Origin: an uncultured Planctomycetia bacterium
GTDB lineage: Bacteria > Omnitrophota > Gorgyraeia > Duberdicusellales > 4484-171
DNA: 64,000 bases
Assembly: GCA_964489445.1 (NCBI GenBank)
Contig: CAZAYU010000001.1
Coordinates: forward strand, 375,968 to 439,967
Reading direction: 5' to 3'
The notes under the pieces are model-generated. The model had not been told where the DNA came from. It saw nothing but the letters and a program-made list of their open reading frames with translations, and made no database searches. The translations under genes were made by a program, and so were the position numbers. Positions 9,743 through 20,124 of the stretch are shown here, piece after piece; position 1 is the first letter of the stretch; the number at the start of each line of letters is the position of its first letter.

Positions 9743-10747
9743 CTATCCTATTAAATTCATTTGTGTATTCGACTTAGTAATTCTGCCAATATAATGCGCT
9801 TTCGAATTCTTATTTAAAGTAGTTAATGCTTTCCCTGCGTATTTTTTACTCGTTACTACAACCATTCCTATCCCCATATTAAATACTGAATACATTTCTT
9901 TTTCATCTAGATTGCCACTTTCCTGGATAACTTTAAAAATTTCCGGAACCTTCCAGTTCGCCTTTTCAATTACCATCCCCAATCCTCTAGGCAAAATCTT
10001 AGTCGCCTTGCTATAAAAAGCACCACCCGTAACGTGAGCAATTCCTTTTACACCTAGCAAAGAACCTTTATCCGCAAGCAATGAAAGTATTGATCTTACA
10101 TATAGCTGAGTAGGAACTAATAATTGCTTCTTATTTTCTCTAATTCCTTTGACACCCAAAGCTTTTCTTGCTAAAGAAAATCCATTAGAATGTAGCCCCG
10201 AAGATTCTAGCCCAATTATCACATCTCCGTCATGAATATTCTTACCACTTACTATTTTATTTTTATCAACAACCCCAACACAAAACCCAGCTAAATCATA
10301 TTCGCAAGGCTTATACATCCCTGGCATTTCCGCAGTTTCACCGCCTAAAAGCACACACTTTGATTCTTGGAGCGCATCTTTAATTCCTTCCATTACTTTC
10401 TGCAAAATATTCTGTTTTAGCTGACCACACGCAATATAATCCAAAAAAAACAGAGGTTTAGCGCCCAAACAAACAACATCGTTAACATTCATTGCCACCA
10501 AATCTATTCCGACTCCCCGATGAATATTAAATTGCTGAGCCAATATTAATTTAGTTCCGACTCCATCGGCCGAAGAAACTAAAACAGGATTTTTATGCTT
10601 GCAAAACAACGCCTTAAGCGGAAACATTGAACCAAAGGCTAATGTCTTATTTGCATTATTCTTCGGAAAAATGTCACCAATACTCTGAATGAACTTTTCA
10701 GCCTTACTCACACTTACTCCGGATTTTTTATATGTTAATTTTCCCAT
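9743..10747 (-). CDS. purM: AIR synthase
   Basis: DGVGTK, GGETAEMPG, GLHSNGFSL, FNMGIG. Confidence 0.97.
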   Translation of the reverse strand: MGKLTYKKSGVSVSKAEKFIQSIGDIFPKNNANKTLAFGSMFPLKALFCKHKNPVLVSSADGVGTKLILAQQFNIHRGVGIDLVAMNVNDVVCLGAKPLFFLDYIACGQLKQNILQKVMEGIKDALQESKCVLLGGETAEMPGMYKPCEYDLAGFCVGVVDKNKIVSGKNIHDGDVIIGLESSGLHSNGFSLARKALGVKGIRENKKQLLVPTQLYVRSILSLLADKGSLLGVKGIAHVTGGAFYSKATKILPRGLGMVIEKANWKVPEIFKVIQESGNLDEKEMYSVFNMGIGMVVVTSKKYAGKALTTLNKNSKAHYIGRITKSNTQMNLIG

Positions 10748-10767
10748 TACTTTTCTTCTTTTGTTTG

Positions 10768-12162
10768 CTATTCACGTCCCTGCCAACAATAAAGGCAAAG
10801 CTTTTCTTTTTCTAACCCAATAGCACTAACCATATCCTCAATCATTTGAAATCGTAAAGTAGTTACTCCTAAATCTTGCGCAATCCACTCAACCATCTTT
10901 TTATATTTATCAGAGCTAGGATTTAAATACTCGCTAATATCTTCTATCTCTTTACCCTCTAAATCCTTGATTGCACGACGTGCTGCGAGCTCATTATGAT
11001 TTCGAGTCGAAAGACAAAATTTACAAGGAAACATTAGAGGCGGACAAGCCGGACGAACATGTATCTCCTTGGCCCCAGATTCCCAAAGTTTTTTGATAGT
11101 AAAATTCTTCAACTGAGTTCCCCGGACTATAGAATCTTCACATATTACAATTTTATTTCCCTCAATAATATCCTTCACCGCAATTAATTTCATTTTCGCA
11201 ATAAAATCACGTATTTCTTGTGAAGGTGGAGTGTAACTGCGCCCATAACCAGGTGTATACTTAACCAGCGGCCTCCGGTAAGGTTTACGTGATTCCATAG
11301 CGTAGCCAATAGCATGAGCAATACCTGAGTCAGGAACTCCAGAAACTATATCTACTTCAATATCCTTATCATTACTAGCTAAAAATTTTCCACACCGTTC
11401 TCTTACTATCTCTACATTAATTCCTTCATAACTAGAAGCAGGAAATCCAGTGTATATCCAAAGAAAGGAGCAGATTTTTTTAGTTTTACCACCCGGCCGT
11501 TTCTGAACCAAACCTTCTTCACTCAATAACACTACTTCTCCAGGCTCAAGATATTTTACCATTTCAAAACCTAGATTAGAAAAAGCACTATTTTCAGAAG
11601 TTACTGCCCAAGAACTATTTTTCTTCCCTATCGTAAGTGAAGTAAACCCTAGACGGTCTCTGGCAGCATAGATACCATCTTTTGACAAAATCAATAAAGA
11701 ACAAGACCCCTTTATAGCCTCGAACATCTTCTCAATTCCTTCTACCAGATTATTTCCTTGATTTATCAATTTTGCTACTAATTCAGTAACATTAACCTGC
11801 CCTTTAGTCAACTCACTAAATGAAATTCCTTTTTCAAGAAGAATCTCAGCTAATTCCTTTTTATTATCAATTAATCCAGCAGTTACAATACAAAAAGGAC
11901 CAAACTTGGAATTTAGATATACTGGCTGCTCATCAAAATCACTAATAACTCCAATGCCTTTATTTCCTTCAATATTTTTATAATCTTCAAAAAATTTTGA
12001 TTTAAACTGGCTCTGACTGATATTATGTATTTGCCGGTGAAAAGTTTCTCCTAAAACTGCCACCCCTCCATACTCAGTTCCCATGTGAGAATGATAATCT
12101 ACCCCATAGAATAAATCACGTGTACAATTTTTTTTTGCTACCACTCCAAACATCCCGCTCAT
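10768..12162 (-). CDS. purF: Amidophosphoribosyltransferase, variant lacking the N-terminal Cys
   Basis: PRTase motifs VPDSG and EDSIVRGT, Fe-S cysteines (CLYCW); N-terminus is MSGMFG. Confidence 0.9.
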   Translation of the reverse strand: MSGMFGVVAKKNCTRDLFYGVDYHSHMGTEYGGVAVLGETFHRQIHNISQSQFKSKFFEDYKNIEGNKGIGVISDFDEQPVYLNSKFGPFCIVTAGLIDNKKELAEILLEKGISFSELTKGQVNVTELVAKLINQGNNLVEGIEKMFEAIKGSCSLLILSKDGIYAARDRLGFTSLTIGKKNSSWAVTSENSAFSNLGFEMVKYLEPGEVVLLSEEGLVQKRPGGKTKKICSFLWIYTGFPASSYEGINVEIVRERCGKFLASNDKDIEVDIVSGVPDSGIAHAIGYAMESRKPYRRPLVKYTPGYGRSYTPPSQEIRDFIAKMKLIAVKDIIEGNKIVICEDSIVRGTQLKNFTIKKLWESGAKEIHVRPACPPLMFPCKFCLSTRNHNELAARRAIKDLEGKEIEDISEYLNPSSDKYKKMVEWIAQDLGVTTLRFQMIEDMVSAIGLEKEKLCLYCWQGRE

Positions 12163-12209
12163 ATCTTTCCCCTTTGTTATTACTTAAATTACTGTTTAAA
12201 ATAAAAAAA

Positions 12210-12962
12210 TCATTTAAAATGGGCGACAGCATTGTCAAAAAACCTTAATCCCCAAGGAAAGACATCCTCATCTTTCCAAAAAGGTGAATGATGCTTAAAG
12301 ATGAATCGTTCCGGATGGGGCATTATCCCTAACACTTTTCCGCTGAAATCAGTAATAGCCGCAATGCTATTTAGCGAACCATTAGGATTAACAGGATAAA
12401 TACCCTTATTACCAGCTGCATCAACATACCTTAAAGCAACTTGGTTATTGCTCTCTATTCTATCTAAAATATTATCTTCTGCATAGAATTTTCCTTCTCC
12501 GTGAGCTATCGGCAAATTAATAATCGGTGGTAAATCTTTGAGCCAAATATTTTTTGCCTCTACTTTTAGATGAACCCAACGATCTTCAAACCGAGCAGAA
12601 TCATTATATGTTAAGGTAGTTTTTTGCTTAAAATCTAAATCCGGTAATATTCCAGTCTTAACCAAAACCTGAAACCCATTACACACTCCTAAGATAAGCC
12701 CTCCACGCTCTAAAAACTTTTCTAGCCTATCTCTTAGCCAGGAAATTAACTCTAAGGAAAGTATTTTCCCTGCTCCCAAGTCATCTCCATAACTAAATCC
12801 GCCTGGAATACAAAAAATTTGAAAATCAGACAGCCCTTCTTTACGAAAAAGATAATTAATATGTCGAAGACTAGTACTTGCACCTGCTAGATTAAAAGCA
12901 AACTCTGTTTCTTTGTCACAGTTTGTGCCAGCAGTCCGAACAATTAATACTTTAGGTTTCAT
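12210..12962 (-). CDS. purQ: FGAM synthase glutaminase subunit
   Basis: GTNCD, PGGFSYGD, GVCNGFQ, AHGEG, MPHPER. Confidence 0.97.
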   Translation of the reverse strand: MKPKVLIVRTAGTNCDKETEFAFNLAGASTSLRHINYLFRKEGLSDFQIFCIPGGFSYGDDLGAGKILSLELISWLRDRLEKFLERGGLILGVCNGFQVLVKTGILPDLDFKQKTTLTYNDSARFEDRWVHLKVEAKNIWLKDLPPIINLPIAHGEGKFYAEDNILDRIESNNQVALRYVDAAGNKGIYPVNPNGSLNSIAAITDFSGKVLGIMPHPERFIFKHHSPFWKDEDVFPWGLRFFDNAVAHFK

Positions 12963-12996
12963 ATTTTAAGGAATCTACTTTTATAGCAAACAAAGA

Positions 12997-15897
12997 TTAT
13001 GAAAGATTACAACGAAATTCTTTGAATGTCTTAAGCCAAGATTCTTTTAGCTCTTCAACTTTTAGGTTAATTATTTCCCGACTATGCTTATCGTAAACAC
13101 CTAGTTTTCTATGTTTGCAAGTACACCCGATAAGGCCAAAAGGTACATCTTTCATTTGTTTCTCAAAGGCATCTTTATGTTTTTTAGCTACTTCCACGAC
13201 AAACCGCGAAGAAGACTCCGAAAACAATACCTCATAGCAAAACATTGAATTATCATGCGGTATTTCTTCCAAAAACACATTAACTCCTAAGTCACCGCCA
13301 ATGCACATTTCTGCCAAACATACACCAATTCCTCCTTCGGATAAATCATGACAAGACATTACAATTTTTTTGTTAATAGCTTCACTTAAATTATCGAAAA
13401 TAATTTTAGCAGTTTTTTTATCGACCCTAGGAACTATTCCTTCTTTTATGTCCAAACAACGAAAGTATTCCGAAGCGCCCATTTCTGGATAAGTCTGTCC
13501 AACAACATACACTAAACTCTCTGCTTCTTTAAAATTACTACTTATCGTAATTTGCCAATCAGGAATGACAGAAACTGCTGAGATTAAGAGTGTTCCTGGA
13601 ATAGCAATATGTTTTTCTCCCACTAAATATTCATTATAAAGACTATCTTTCCCAGAGATAAACGGAACCTGAAAATATGTTGAAAAATCTCGGCATGCCC
13701 ACGCAGCCCTAACTAATCCGCCTAAAGTCTTTTTGTCCAAGGGAGAACCCCAACTAAAATTATCCAAAATAAAAGTGTTTTTTAAACTACCTCCAACCGC
13801 AATTATATTTCTCAAGGCTTCATTAATAGCTGATGCAGCCATCCAGTAAGGGTCGATATCTGAATAAAAAGGGTTTATGCCTAAACCGATAGCCACGCAC
13901 TTATCACTTTTTAAATCCGGCCTAACTACAGATGCATCGTTGACAATTATTTTTTCTATTCCAGAAATAGACTTTAGCACCGAACCTGATTGGACCTCAT
14001 GATCGTATTCTCGAACAACCCAATCTTTGCAAGCAATACCGGGCCGAGAGAGAAGATTTTTTAGCTCTTGATTATAATTATCTTTATCTTTTAGTTTACG
14101 ATCTGTTTCTTTATTCTTTACCCAAATTGCCTTTTTTACCAATTTAGGAAGTTGAAAAATAAAATCCATATCTAAATCGCAAACTTTATCTTGCCCATAA
14201 AATAAAACTAGCTTTTTGCTGTCTGTTACCTTTCCCACTACAGACAAGTCTACATCTTCCTCGGAAAATATAGACTTTAATTTATCCAAATTCTCAACCG
14301 GAGCAAAAAATACCATTCTTTCTTGAGATTCGGATATCCAAATTTCAGTATAAGTTAATCCCCGATATTTTAAAGGCACTTTATTTAAATCAACTTCAAC
14401 GCCATATTCGCCGGATAATTCAGTTATCGCGCTGGAAATTCCCCCTGCCCCGCAATCAGTTATCGCCCGAAATAAATCATCATCTCTGGCTCTTAAAATT
14501 GCTTCGACAAGCTTCTTCTCCTCAATAGGATTACCTATCTGCACAGCGCTAGTTAACCCTACAGTTTGTTCGTCCAACTCTTGAGAAGAAAATGTTGCCC
14601 CGTGAATCCCGTCTCTTCCGGTTTTTGCACCACACAATATAACTAAATCACCTGGCTTAACTTCTTTGAAAGATTTTTCTTTAGGAAGTATCCCTAGCGT
14701 TCCACAATAAACCAAAGGATTACCTAAAAAACGCTCATCAAACAAAACCGCTCCGCTAACTGTAGGAATTCCCATTCTATTTCCATAGTCACGCACCCCT
14801 TTTATCACCCCCTTGATTATTCGCTTAGGATGAAGCAACCCTTCTGGTAAATCTTCAATCTTCATGTTCCAGGGTGAAAAACAAAATACATCTATAGATG
14901 CAAATGGTTTTGCCGCGCATCCGGTTCCCAGAATATCCCTAATTACTCCGCCAATACCTGTTGATGCTCCGCCGTATGGCTCAAGACTTGAAGGATGATT
15001 GTGAGTCTCGACTTTAAAGCAAATATTGTTCGATTCATCAAACTTTACAACTCCGGAATTATCATCAAACACCGAGACACAAGAAGGAGAATTTATTTCT
15101 TCGGTAGCCTTAACAACTGTTGTTTTTAGTAGATTATTTATTCTTTCTTCCTTGATTATGCTCCCGTTTTCTGATTGCTCTTGATACTCAATAATTCCCC
15201 GAAAAGTCTGATGGCTGCAATGTTCAGACCAAAGAGTAGCAATAGTCTCTAGTTCGCAATCTGTAGGGTTTCTTCCCTCTTTCTTAAAATAGTCCTGCAC
15301 CACCTTCATTTCTTCTGGGCTTAGTGCCAAACATCCCTTCTTAGAAATTTCTTCTAATTCTTCTGCCGAAGAATCAATTAAGCTAACTATCACCCGATTA
15401 AATTGATAATCTTTCCCTTTAAACTCATCTAAGGTGTCAACATTTTTAACCTTTTGATAGTTAAGTAAATGCTCAATCAACGGATTATACAATATTTTGG
15501 GAGCCAAATAAAAAATATCCTGTTGCGCTAATCCTTGAAATTCATAAAAACGGGCGGTTATCGCATTGTTAAATTCAAGCGACAAAATTTCAACAGCTTT
15601 TCTTAATGAGTCAATAATAGAATCATAAACTCCCGGATTATAAGTTATCAAGATTTGATTATCCGGTGGGCATACATTAAACAGTCCTTGGGTGAGAAAA
15701 TAATCTTCAATTAACGGATCAGTCAATAATTCACTAGCAACTCTTTCTGCCTGCTTGTGGTCAAAGTCCGCTTCAATAAAATAAACTTTACGAGAATAAA
15801 CATTTACTTTTGCGTTGTTTCCTAAATCTTCTATTTGGGAAACAATATCCGCGCAAGACTGTTTTTGTTTGGCAAAAGTATCAATTCTCCAAATCAT
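12997..15897 (-). CDS. purL: FGAM synthase subunit PurL with N-terminal PurS-like domains
   Basis: WSEHCSH, KVETHNHPS, DCGAGG, SESQER, HDLSEGG. Confidence 0.96.
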   Translation of the reverse strand: MIWRIDTFAKQKQSCADIVSQIEDLGNNAKVNVYSRKVYFIEADFDHKQAERVASELLTDPLIEDYFLTQGLFNVCPPDNQILITYNPGVYDSIIDSLRKAVEILSLEFNNAITARFYEFQGLAQQDIFYLAPKILYNPLIEHLLNYQKVKNVDTLDEFKGKDYQFNRVIVSLIDSSAEELEEISKKGCLALSPEEMKVVQDYFKKEGRNPTDCELETIATLWSEHCSHQTFRGIIEYQEQSENGSIIKEERINNLLKTTVVKATEEINSPSCVSVFDDNSGVVKFDESNNICFKVETHNHPSSLEPYGGASTGIGGVIRDILGTGCAAKPFASIDVFCFSPWNMKIEDLPEGLLHPKRIIKGVIKGVRDYGNRMGIPTVSGAVLFDERFLGNPLVYCGTLGILPKEKSFKEVKPGDLVILCGAKTGRDGIHGATFSSQELDEQTVGLTSAVQIGNPIEEKKLVEAILRARDDDLFRAITDCGAGGISSAITELSGEYGVEVDLNKVPLKYRGLTYTEIWISESQERMVFFAPVENLDKLKSIFSEEDVDLSVVGKVTDSKKLVLFYGQDKVCDLDMDFIFQLPKLVKKAIWVKNKETDRKLKDKDNYNQELKNLLSRPGIACKDWVVREYDHEVQSGSVLKSISGIEKIIVNDASVVRPDLKSDKCVAIGLGINPFYSDIDPYWMAASAINEALRNIIAVGGSLKNTFILDNFSWGSPLDKKTLGGLVRAAWACRDFSTYFQVPFISGKDSLYNEYLVGEKHIAIPGTLLISAVSVIPDWQITISSNFKEAESLVYVVGQTYPEMGASEYFRCLDIKEGIVPRVDKKTAKIIFDNLSEAINKKIVMSCHDLSEGGIGVCLAEMCIGGDLGVNVFLEEIPHDNSMFCYEVLFSESSSRFVVEVAKKHKDAFEKQMKDVPFGLIGCTCKHRKLGVYDKHSREIINLKVEELKESWLKTFKEFRCNLS

Positions 15898-15963
15898 AGA
15901 ATAATGCCTCTCCGACTAATTATCTGCTTATAGTAATTTATCAAAAGCAAATATTAGAAAACC

Positions 15964-17256
15964 CTACAACAACTTAAATCTTTTATAAATTTTATCAATA
16001 TTAGATAAATAAGAATAGGGATTGAAAATTTCTTCCAATTCTGGTTTACTCAAAAATTTCATCAATTTTTTATCCTTTAAAGAAACTTCTTTAAAACTAG
16101 ACTTTTGATTAATGACATCTAAAGCTATTTTTTGAACAATATCATAAGCGCTAATCCTAGATAGCCCTTTACCCATCAGCTTAACAAGAATTTTTTGTGA
16201 ATAAACAATCCCGCGATTTAATTCCATGTTTTTAACCATACTCTGGCTATTAGTTTTTAGCCCCTTAACAACTTCCCGGAATTTTTTAAGCATATAGCTT
16301 ATTGCTGCAGTAGAATCTGGTAAAATAACTCTCTCAGCTGAAGAATGAGAAATATCCCGTTCATGCCATAAATTTATATTTTCAAAGGCAACCAGCATGT
16401 TTCCTCTTAAAATTCGGGCTAATCCACAAATTCGTTCACAAATAACCGGATTCTGTTTGTGCGGCATTGCACTGGAGCCCTTCTGCCCCTTATAAAAAGG
16501 TTCGCTAGCTTCAGCTACTTCACTTCGTTGTAAATGCCTTATCTCTGTAGAAAATCTTTCTAATGTCGACCCCAATAAAGAAACTACCGATAGATAATAA
16601 GCAATTCTTTCCCGGGAAACTACTTGTGTAGAAACTAAAGCGTTATTAATCCCTAGCTTTTTACAGATATACTCTTCTACTCGCGGATTAAAATAAGCAA
16701 AAGTTCCTACTGCTCCAGATACCTTTCCGCAACACACAACCTTTAAACTCTCAGAAAGCAATTTTCTCTCTTCACATAAATCATTATACAAATAAAGAAA
16801 TTTTAAACCGAAGCTGTAAATTTCTGCATGCATTCCGTGAGTTCTGGCCATGCATAATGTATCTTTGTATTGAAGCGCTTTTCTTCGAACATCAGTAATA
16901 ACTAAATCTAAATCCTTGAGTATAGCTTCACTGACATCTTTTATCTGCCAAGCTAATGTAGTGTCCAAAAGATCGGAAGAGGTTATCCCTAAGTGTAAGT
17001 ACTGAGCATCCTTTCCTAATTGCGGAGAAATATGTTTTAAAAAAGCAACAATATCGTGATGGGTTTTTTGTTCAATCTTTTTTATTTTCTGAGGCGAAAT
17101 TTTAACTTTATCAAACGCTTTGGCTGCTGATTTGGGAATTTTCTTTTCTCGGGCCAAAGCCTCACAAAGCAATTGCTCGATCCTTAAAAATCGCTTAAAT
17201 TTCTCTTCATCAGTCCAAATTCTACTAATTTCTTTAGGTGCGTAACGTTCAATCAT
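15964..17256 (-). CDS. purB: Adenylosuccinate lyase
   Basis: MIERY, RTHG, GSSAMPHKQNP, HERDISHSS. Confidence 0.97.
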   Translation of the reverse strand: MIERYAPKEISRIWTDEEKFKRFLRIEQLLCEALAREKKIPKSAAKAFDKVKISPQKIKKIEQKTHHDIVAFLKHISPQLGKDAQYLHLGITSSDLLDTTLAWQIKDVSEAILKDLDLVITDVRRKALQYKDTLCMARTHGMHAEIYSFGLKFLYLYNDLCEERKLLSESLKVVCCGKVSGAVGTFAYFNPRVEEYICKKLGINNALVSTQVVSRERIAYYLSVVSLLGSTLERFSTEIRHLQRSEVAEASEPFYKGQKGSSAMPHKQNPVICERICGLARILRGNMLVAFENINLWHERDISHSSAERVILPDSTAAISYMLKKFREVVKGLKTNSQSMVKNMELNRGIVYSQKILVKLMGKGLSRISAYDIVQKIALDVINQKSSFKEVSLKDKKLMKFLSKPELEEIFNPYSYLSNIDKIYKRFKLL

Positions 17257-17301
17257 AAAACCCTCTTTTCCTGTTAGTGCTTTTAATCTGCTTTCCCGCC
17301 A

Positions 17302-18541
17302 TTAATCATAATCAAAGCATGTAGCTCCACAAAAATTTGATTCATTGCTACTATTGTCCTGATTCCACAACGTCCAATCATTACCTGTTTTGGATACCTT
17401 ACAAAAACAATCAAATCCTCCAGGACCGCCAACTGCAGATAATACACAAAAGTCATGTTCGCCCATATTTGTTGTTTTTGTGCCTGTGATCCTTATAGTA
17501 TTAGAATATTCTGTAGTCGTAAACGAAGATGCTCCACCAAAATCTTTCCAACCTCCACCATCATGATATTTGAAATTAGTATCAACACTATCATAATAAA
17601 TACTACCTGCGCTGCCAGTAGGAGCGCTGGCTTGCGGTTCAAGGTTCAATGTGCCTTCACCGGCCGCTTATTTCAAGTGTCGCTTTCGGATCATCTGTGT
17701 TAATCCCTACCCTCCCATCACTCGTTCCGGTATCTTTTATTCTCATGGTTTCTGCTGAATTCTTTGTGAATAATATTATGTCGGAAGCCTCATCGTTGGG
17801 AGAACTCTTTATATACAGATTTTTATCGTTATGGTGAGTCCAAATTCCACCCTTAAACACGCCTCCTGGACCCCAAAGCCCCAGCCCACAATTAGATGTA
17901 CCATCATCCTCTATACGTATTGCTACAGCATCACTACCATTGCTTGTTCCTTTAATGTGCAGCAACATTTGTGGATCCGTTGTCCCAATGCCGACATTGC
18001 CCTGGTCTGCTCCAGAAGCACCTGTCTGCATATAAATTGGATACTGTCTACCTGTTCCAGACTGCTCTCCTGTATTTAAAATAATCCCGCCTCCCTTAAA
18101 ATTAGTAATCTGTAAATCATAAGGCACAGTGCCTGTATCAGCAACCCAAACCCCGGCTAACTGGCTTCCGTCATTTATATCCATTTCATCGCTAACAGTA
18201 AAACCATAGCAATTACTACCAGTTTGCTTTAAATCGCCAAAAGATAGGTACCCATTGCCCATTGCTATCTGCAAGCGAATGTCAGCACTACCTGGCGCTA
18301 CCCCATCTGAAATCTCTGCTCCCCATTCAGGCATAGGCGTCTCAACATATTCATCACCAATTGCCATTCTTCTTGATCGCAATTCATTATAAATCCCATA
18401 AGGCGCAGGATAATAGGTAATAATTGTAATCTTTTCTTCAGGGATGGTTGTTTCGGCAAAGGAAGACAGAGAAAACATTACTGACAGTAAAAATACGCTT
18501 ACTGAAAAATAAACAATATTCTTTCGAAGAAATAATTTCAT
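17302..18541 (-). pseudogene. TYYPAPYG-family secreted fibre/adhesin copy A, split by a one-base frameshift (ORFs 17657-18541 and 17302-17649)
   Basis: Signal peptide, EEKITIITYYPAPYGIY, GNVGIGT repeats; deleting one A at 17668/17669 joins LEI to AAGEGTLNLEPQ and gives a 412-aa protein with the same YHD..WKDFG neck as its paralogues. Confidence 0.7.
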
Positions 18542-19954
18542 AACTTATCCTCCTTTTTACAATTATCGATAACCGATAATATATATAGATCCAAAAGCAT
18601 TTTTTGTAGTTGAATTTCCTGTCCGTTCAACATACACCTTTTTTCCTGTGGTAACCGGTAACCAGAAATGGTCCGAATTTGTTACCCACGCACTATTGTC
18701 GTATAGCTTATAAAACATATAATTTGCATATTTTTTTGATCCCTCTTTGGTGTAAATCTTTAAAGTCACATTGCCACTACCCAAAGTTCCGCCAATTGAG
18801 GTGTATGCATAAAACAATACCTCCTTAGCATTGGCCGGAACATAAGAGCTGAAACTCTTGACAAAAGAAGAACTAGCGGTAAGTATCGGAAGAACTCCTA
18901 ACAATTTTTTTCCTATGGGAGTCCATGATTTATCCCCTCCAAAATCATTCCAGCTCGTTCCATCGTGATACCGAAATCTATCAGAATCAATGTCATAATA
19001 AAGATCGCCGGCATCACCAGGATTAACGTCTGATTCTGCTTTGGGAGTATAACGTGCCTTTCCATCGAGATAAATGTTTCCTTTAAAATAACCAGCCCAA
19101 TAATTATCCGTATAATCTTTATAACTTAACATGGCGACAGTATTAGGTATCGATGAGCCTATGATTGTCGTTGATTCCATATGGGTTGCAAGTCCAGCAT
19201 TACCTTTAATGTCGTTGACCACCCCAAAAAGACCAAGAGCATGTTCACTTCCTGTGAAACCTCCAACTGCTAAAGCTCCCCGGGTAATTTTATCTGTTGC
19301 GGTATTTGTGTAGGCAACAATACCCGACACTCCACCATCTTTTTTTATCTTAAACTCATTAATTTTCACGCCCATACCTACCGGATAATCACTTCCAAAA
19401 GGAGAAGGAACATCAAACAATCCAGTGCTAATAGTTACATCAATATCGTTTGAATTTTCGATTATCTGCAGCGTTCCTTTAGGATCAACTGTTCCAATAC
19501 CTACATTGCCAGCTGGTAAGGCTCCTGAATCTGTGTATGTTTGCATACAAATTGGATATGGTCTACCTGTTGCAGAATCCTCTTTCGTATTTAAAATAAT
19601 CCCGCCACCAATAAAATTAGTAATCTGTAGATCATAAGGCACAGTACCTGTATCAGCAACCCAAAACCCGGCTAACTGGCTTCCGGCATCTATGTCCATT
19701 GCATCGCTAACAACAAAACCATAACAATTACTACCAGTTTGCTGTAAGTCGCCAAAAGATAGATACCCATTGCCCATTGCTATCTGCAAGCGAATATCAG
19801 CTGTGCTCCCAGAACCATCTGGAATATCCGTTCCCCATTGAGGCATAGGCGTCTCAACATATTCATCGCCAATTGCCATTCTTCTTGATCGCAATTCATT
19901 GTAAATCCCATAAGGCGCAGGATAATAGGTAATAATTGTAATTCTTTCTTCAGG
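18027..19954. repeat. ~410-bp direct repeat pair (about 18027-18443 and 19541-19954) encoding the shared N-terminal domains of copies A and B
   Basis: Long near-identical runs, e.g. aaattagtaatctgta(a/g)atcataaggcacagt(g/a)cctgtatcagcaaccca in both. Confidence 0.9.
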
Positions 19955-20041
19955 AACACTTGATGCGGCAAAAGAAAAAACAGGAAGTATCAAGAAAGAT
20001 AAAAACATTAATGCTAAACAAAGGCTTAATCTTTTACTCAT
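18563..20041 (-). CDS. TYYPAPYG-family secreted fibre/adhesin copy B
   Basis: Signal peptide (..FSFA), EERITIITYYPAPYGIY, GNVGIGT, YHDGTSWNDFGG neck, distinct C-terminal domain; start at ATG 20041 behind GAGGG. Confidence 0.75.
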   Translation of the reverse strand: MSKRLSLCLALMFLSFLILPVFSFAASSVPEERITIITYYPAPYGIYNELRSRRMAIGDEYVETPMPQWGTDIPDGSGSTADIRLQIAMGNGYLSFGDLQQTGSNCYGFVVSDAMDIDAGSQLAGFWVADTGTVPYDLQITNFIGGGIILNTKEDSATGRPYPICMQTYTDSGALPAGNVGIGTVDPKGTLQIIENSNDIDVTISTGLFDVPSPFGSDYPVGMGVKINEFKIKKDGGVSGIVAYTNTATDKITRGALAVGGFTGSEHALGLFGVVNDIKGNAGLATHMESTTIIGSSIPNTVAMLSYKDYTDNYWAGYFKGNIYLDGKARYTPKAESDVNPGDAGDLYYDIDSDRFRYHDGTSWNDFGGDKSWTPIGKKLLGVLPILTASSSFVKSFSSYVPANAKEVLFYAYTSIGGTLGSGNVTLKIYTKEGSKKYANYMFYKLYDNSAWVTNSDHFWLPVTTGKKVYVERTGNSTTKNAFGSIYIIGYR

Positions 20042-20124
20042 TATTTTTCCCTCTTTTCTCATATAGCTTATTATACATACCCAACATAAAAAATAAATAA
20101 AAATTATTTAATTTTTAACACTAC

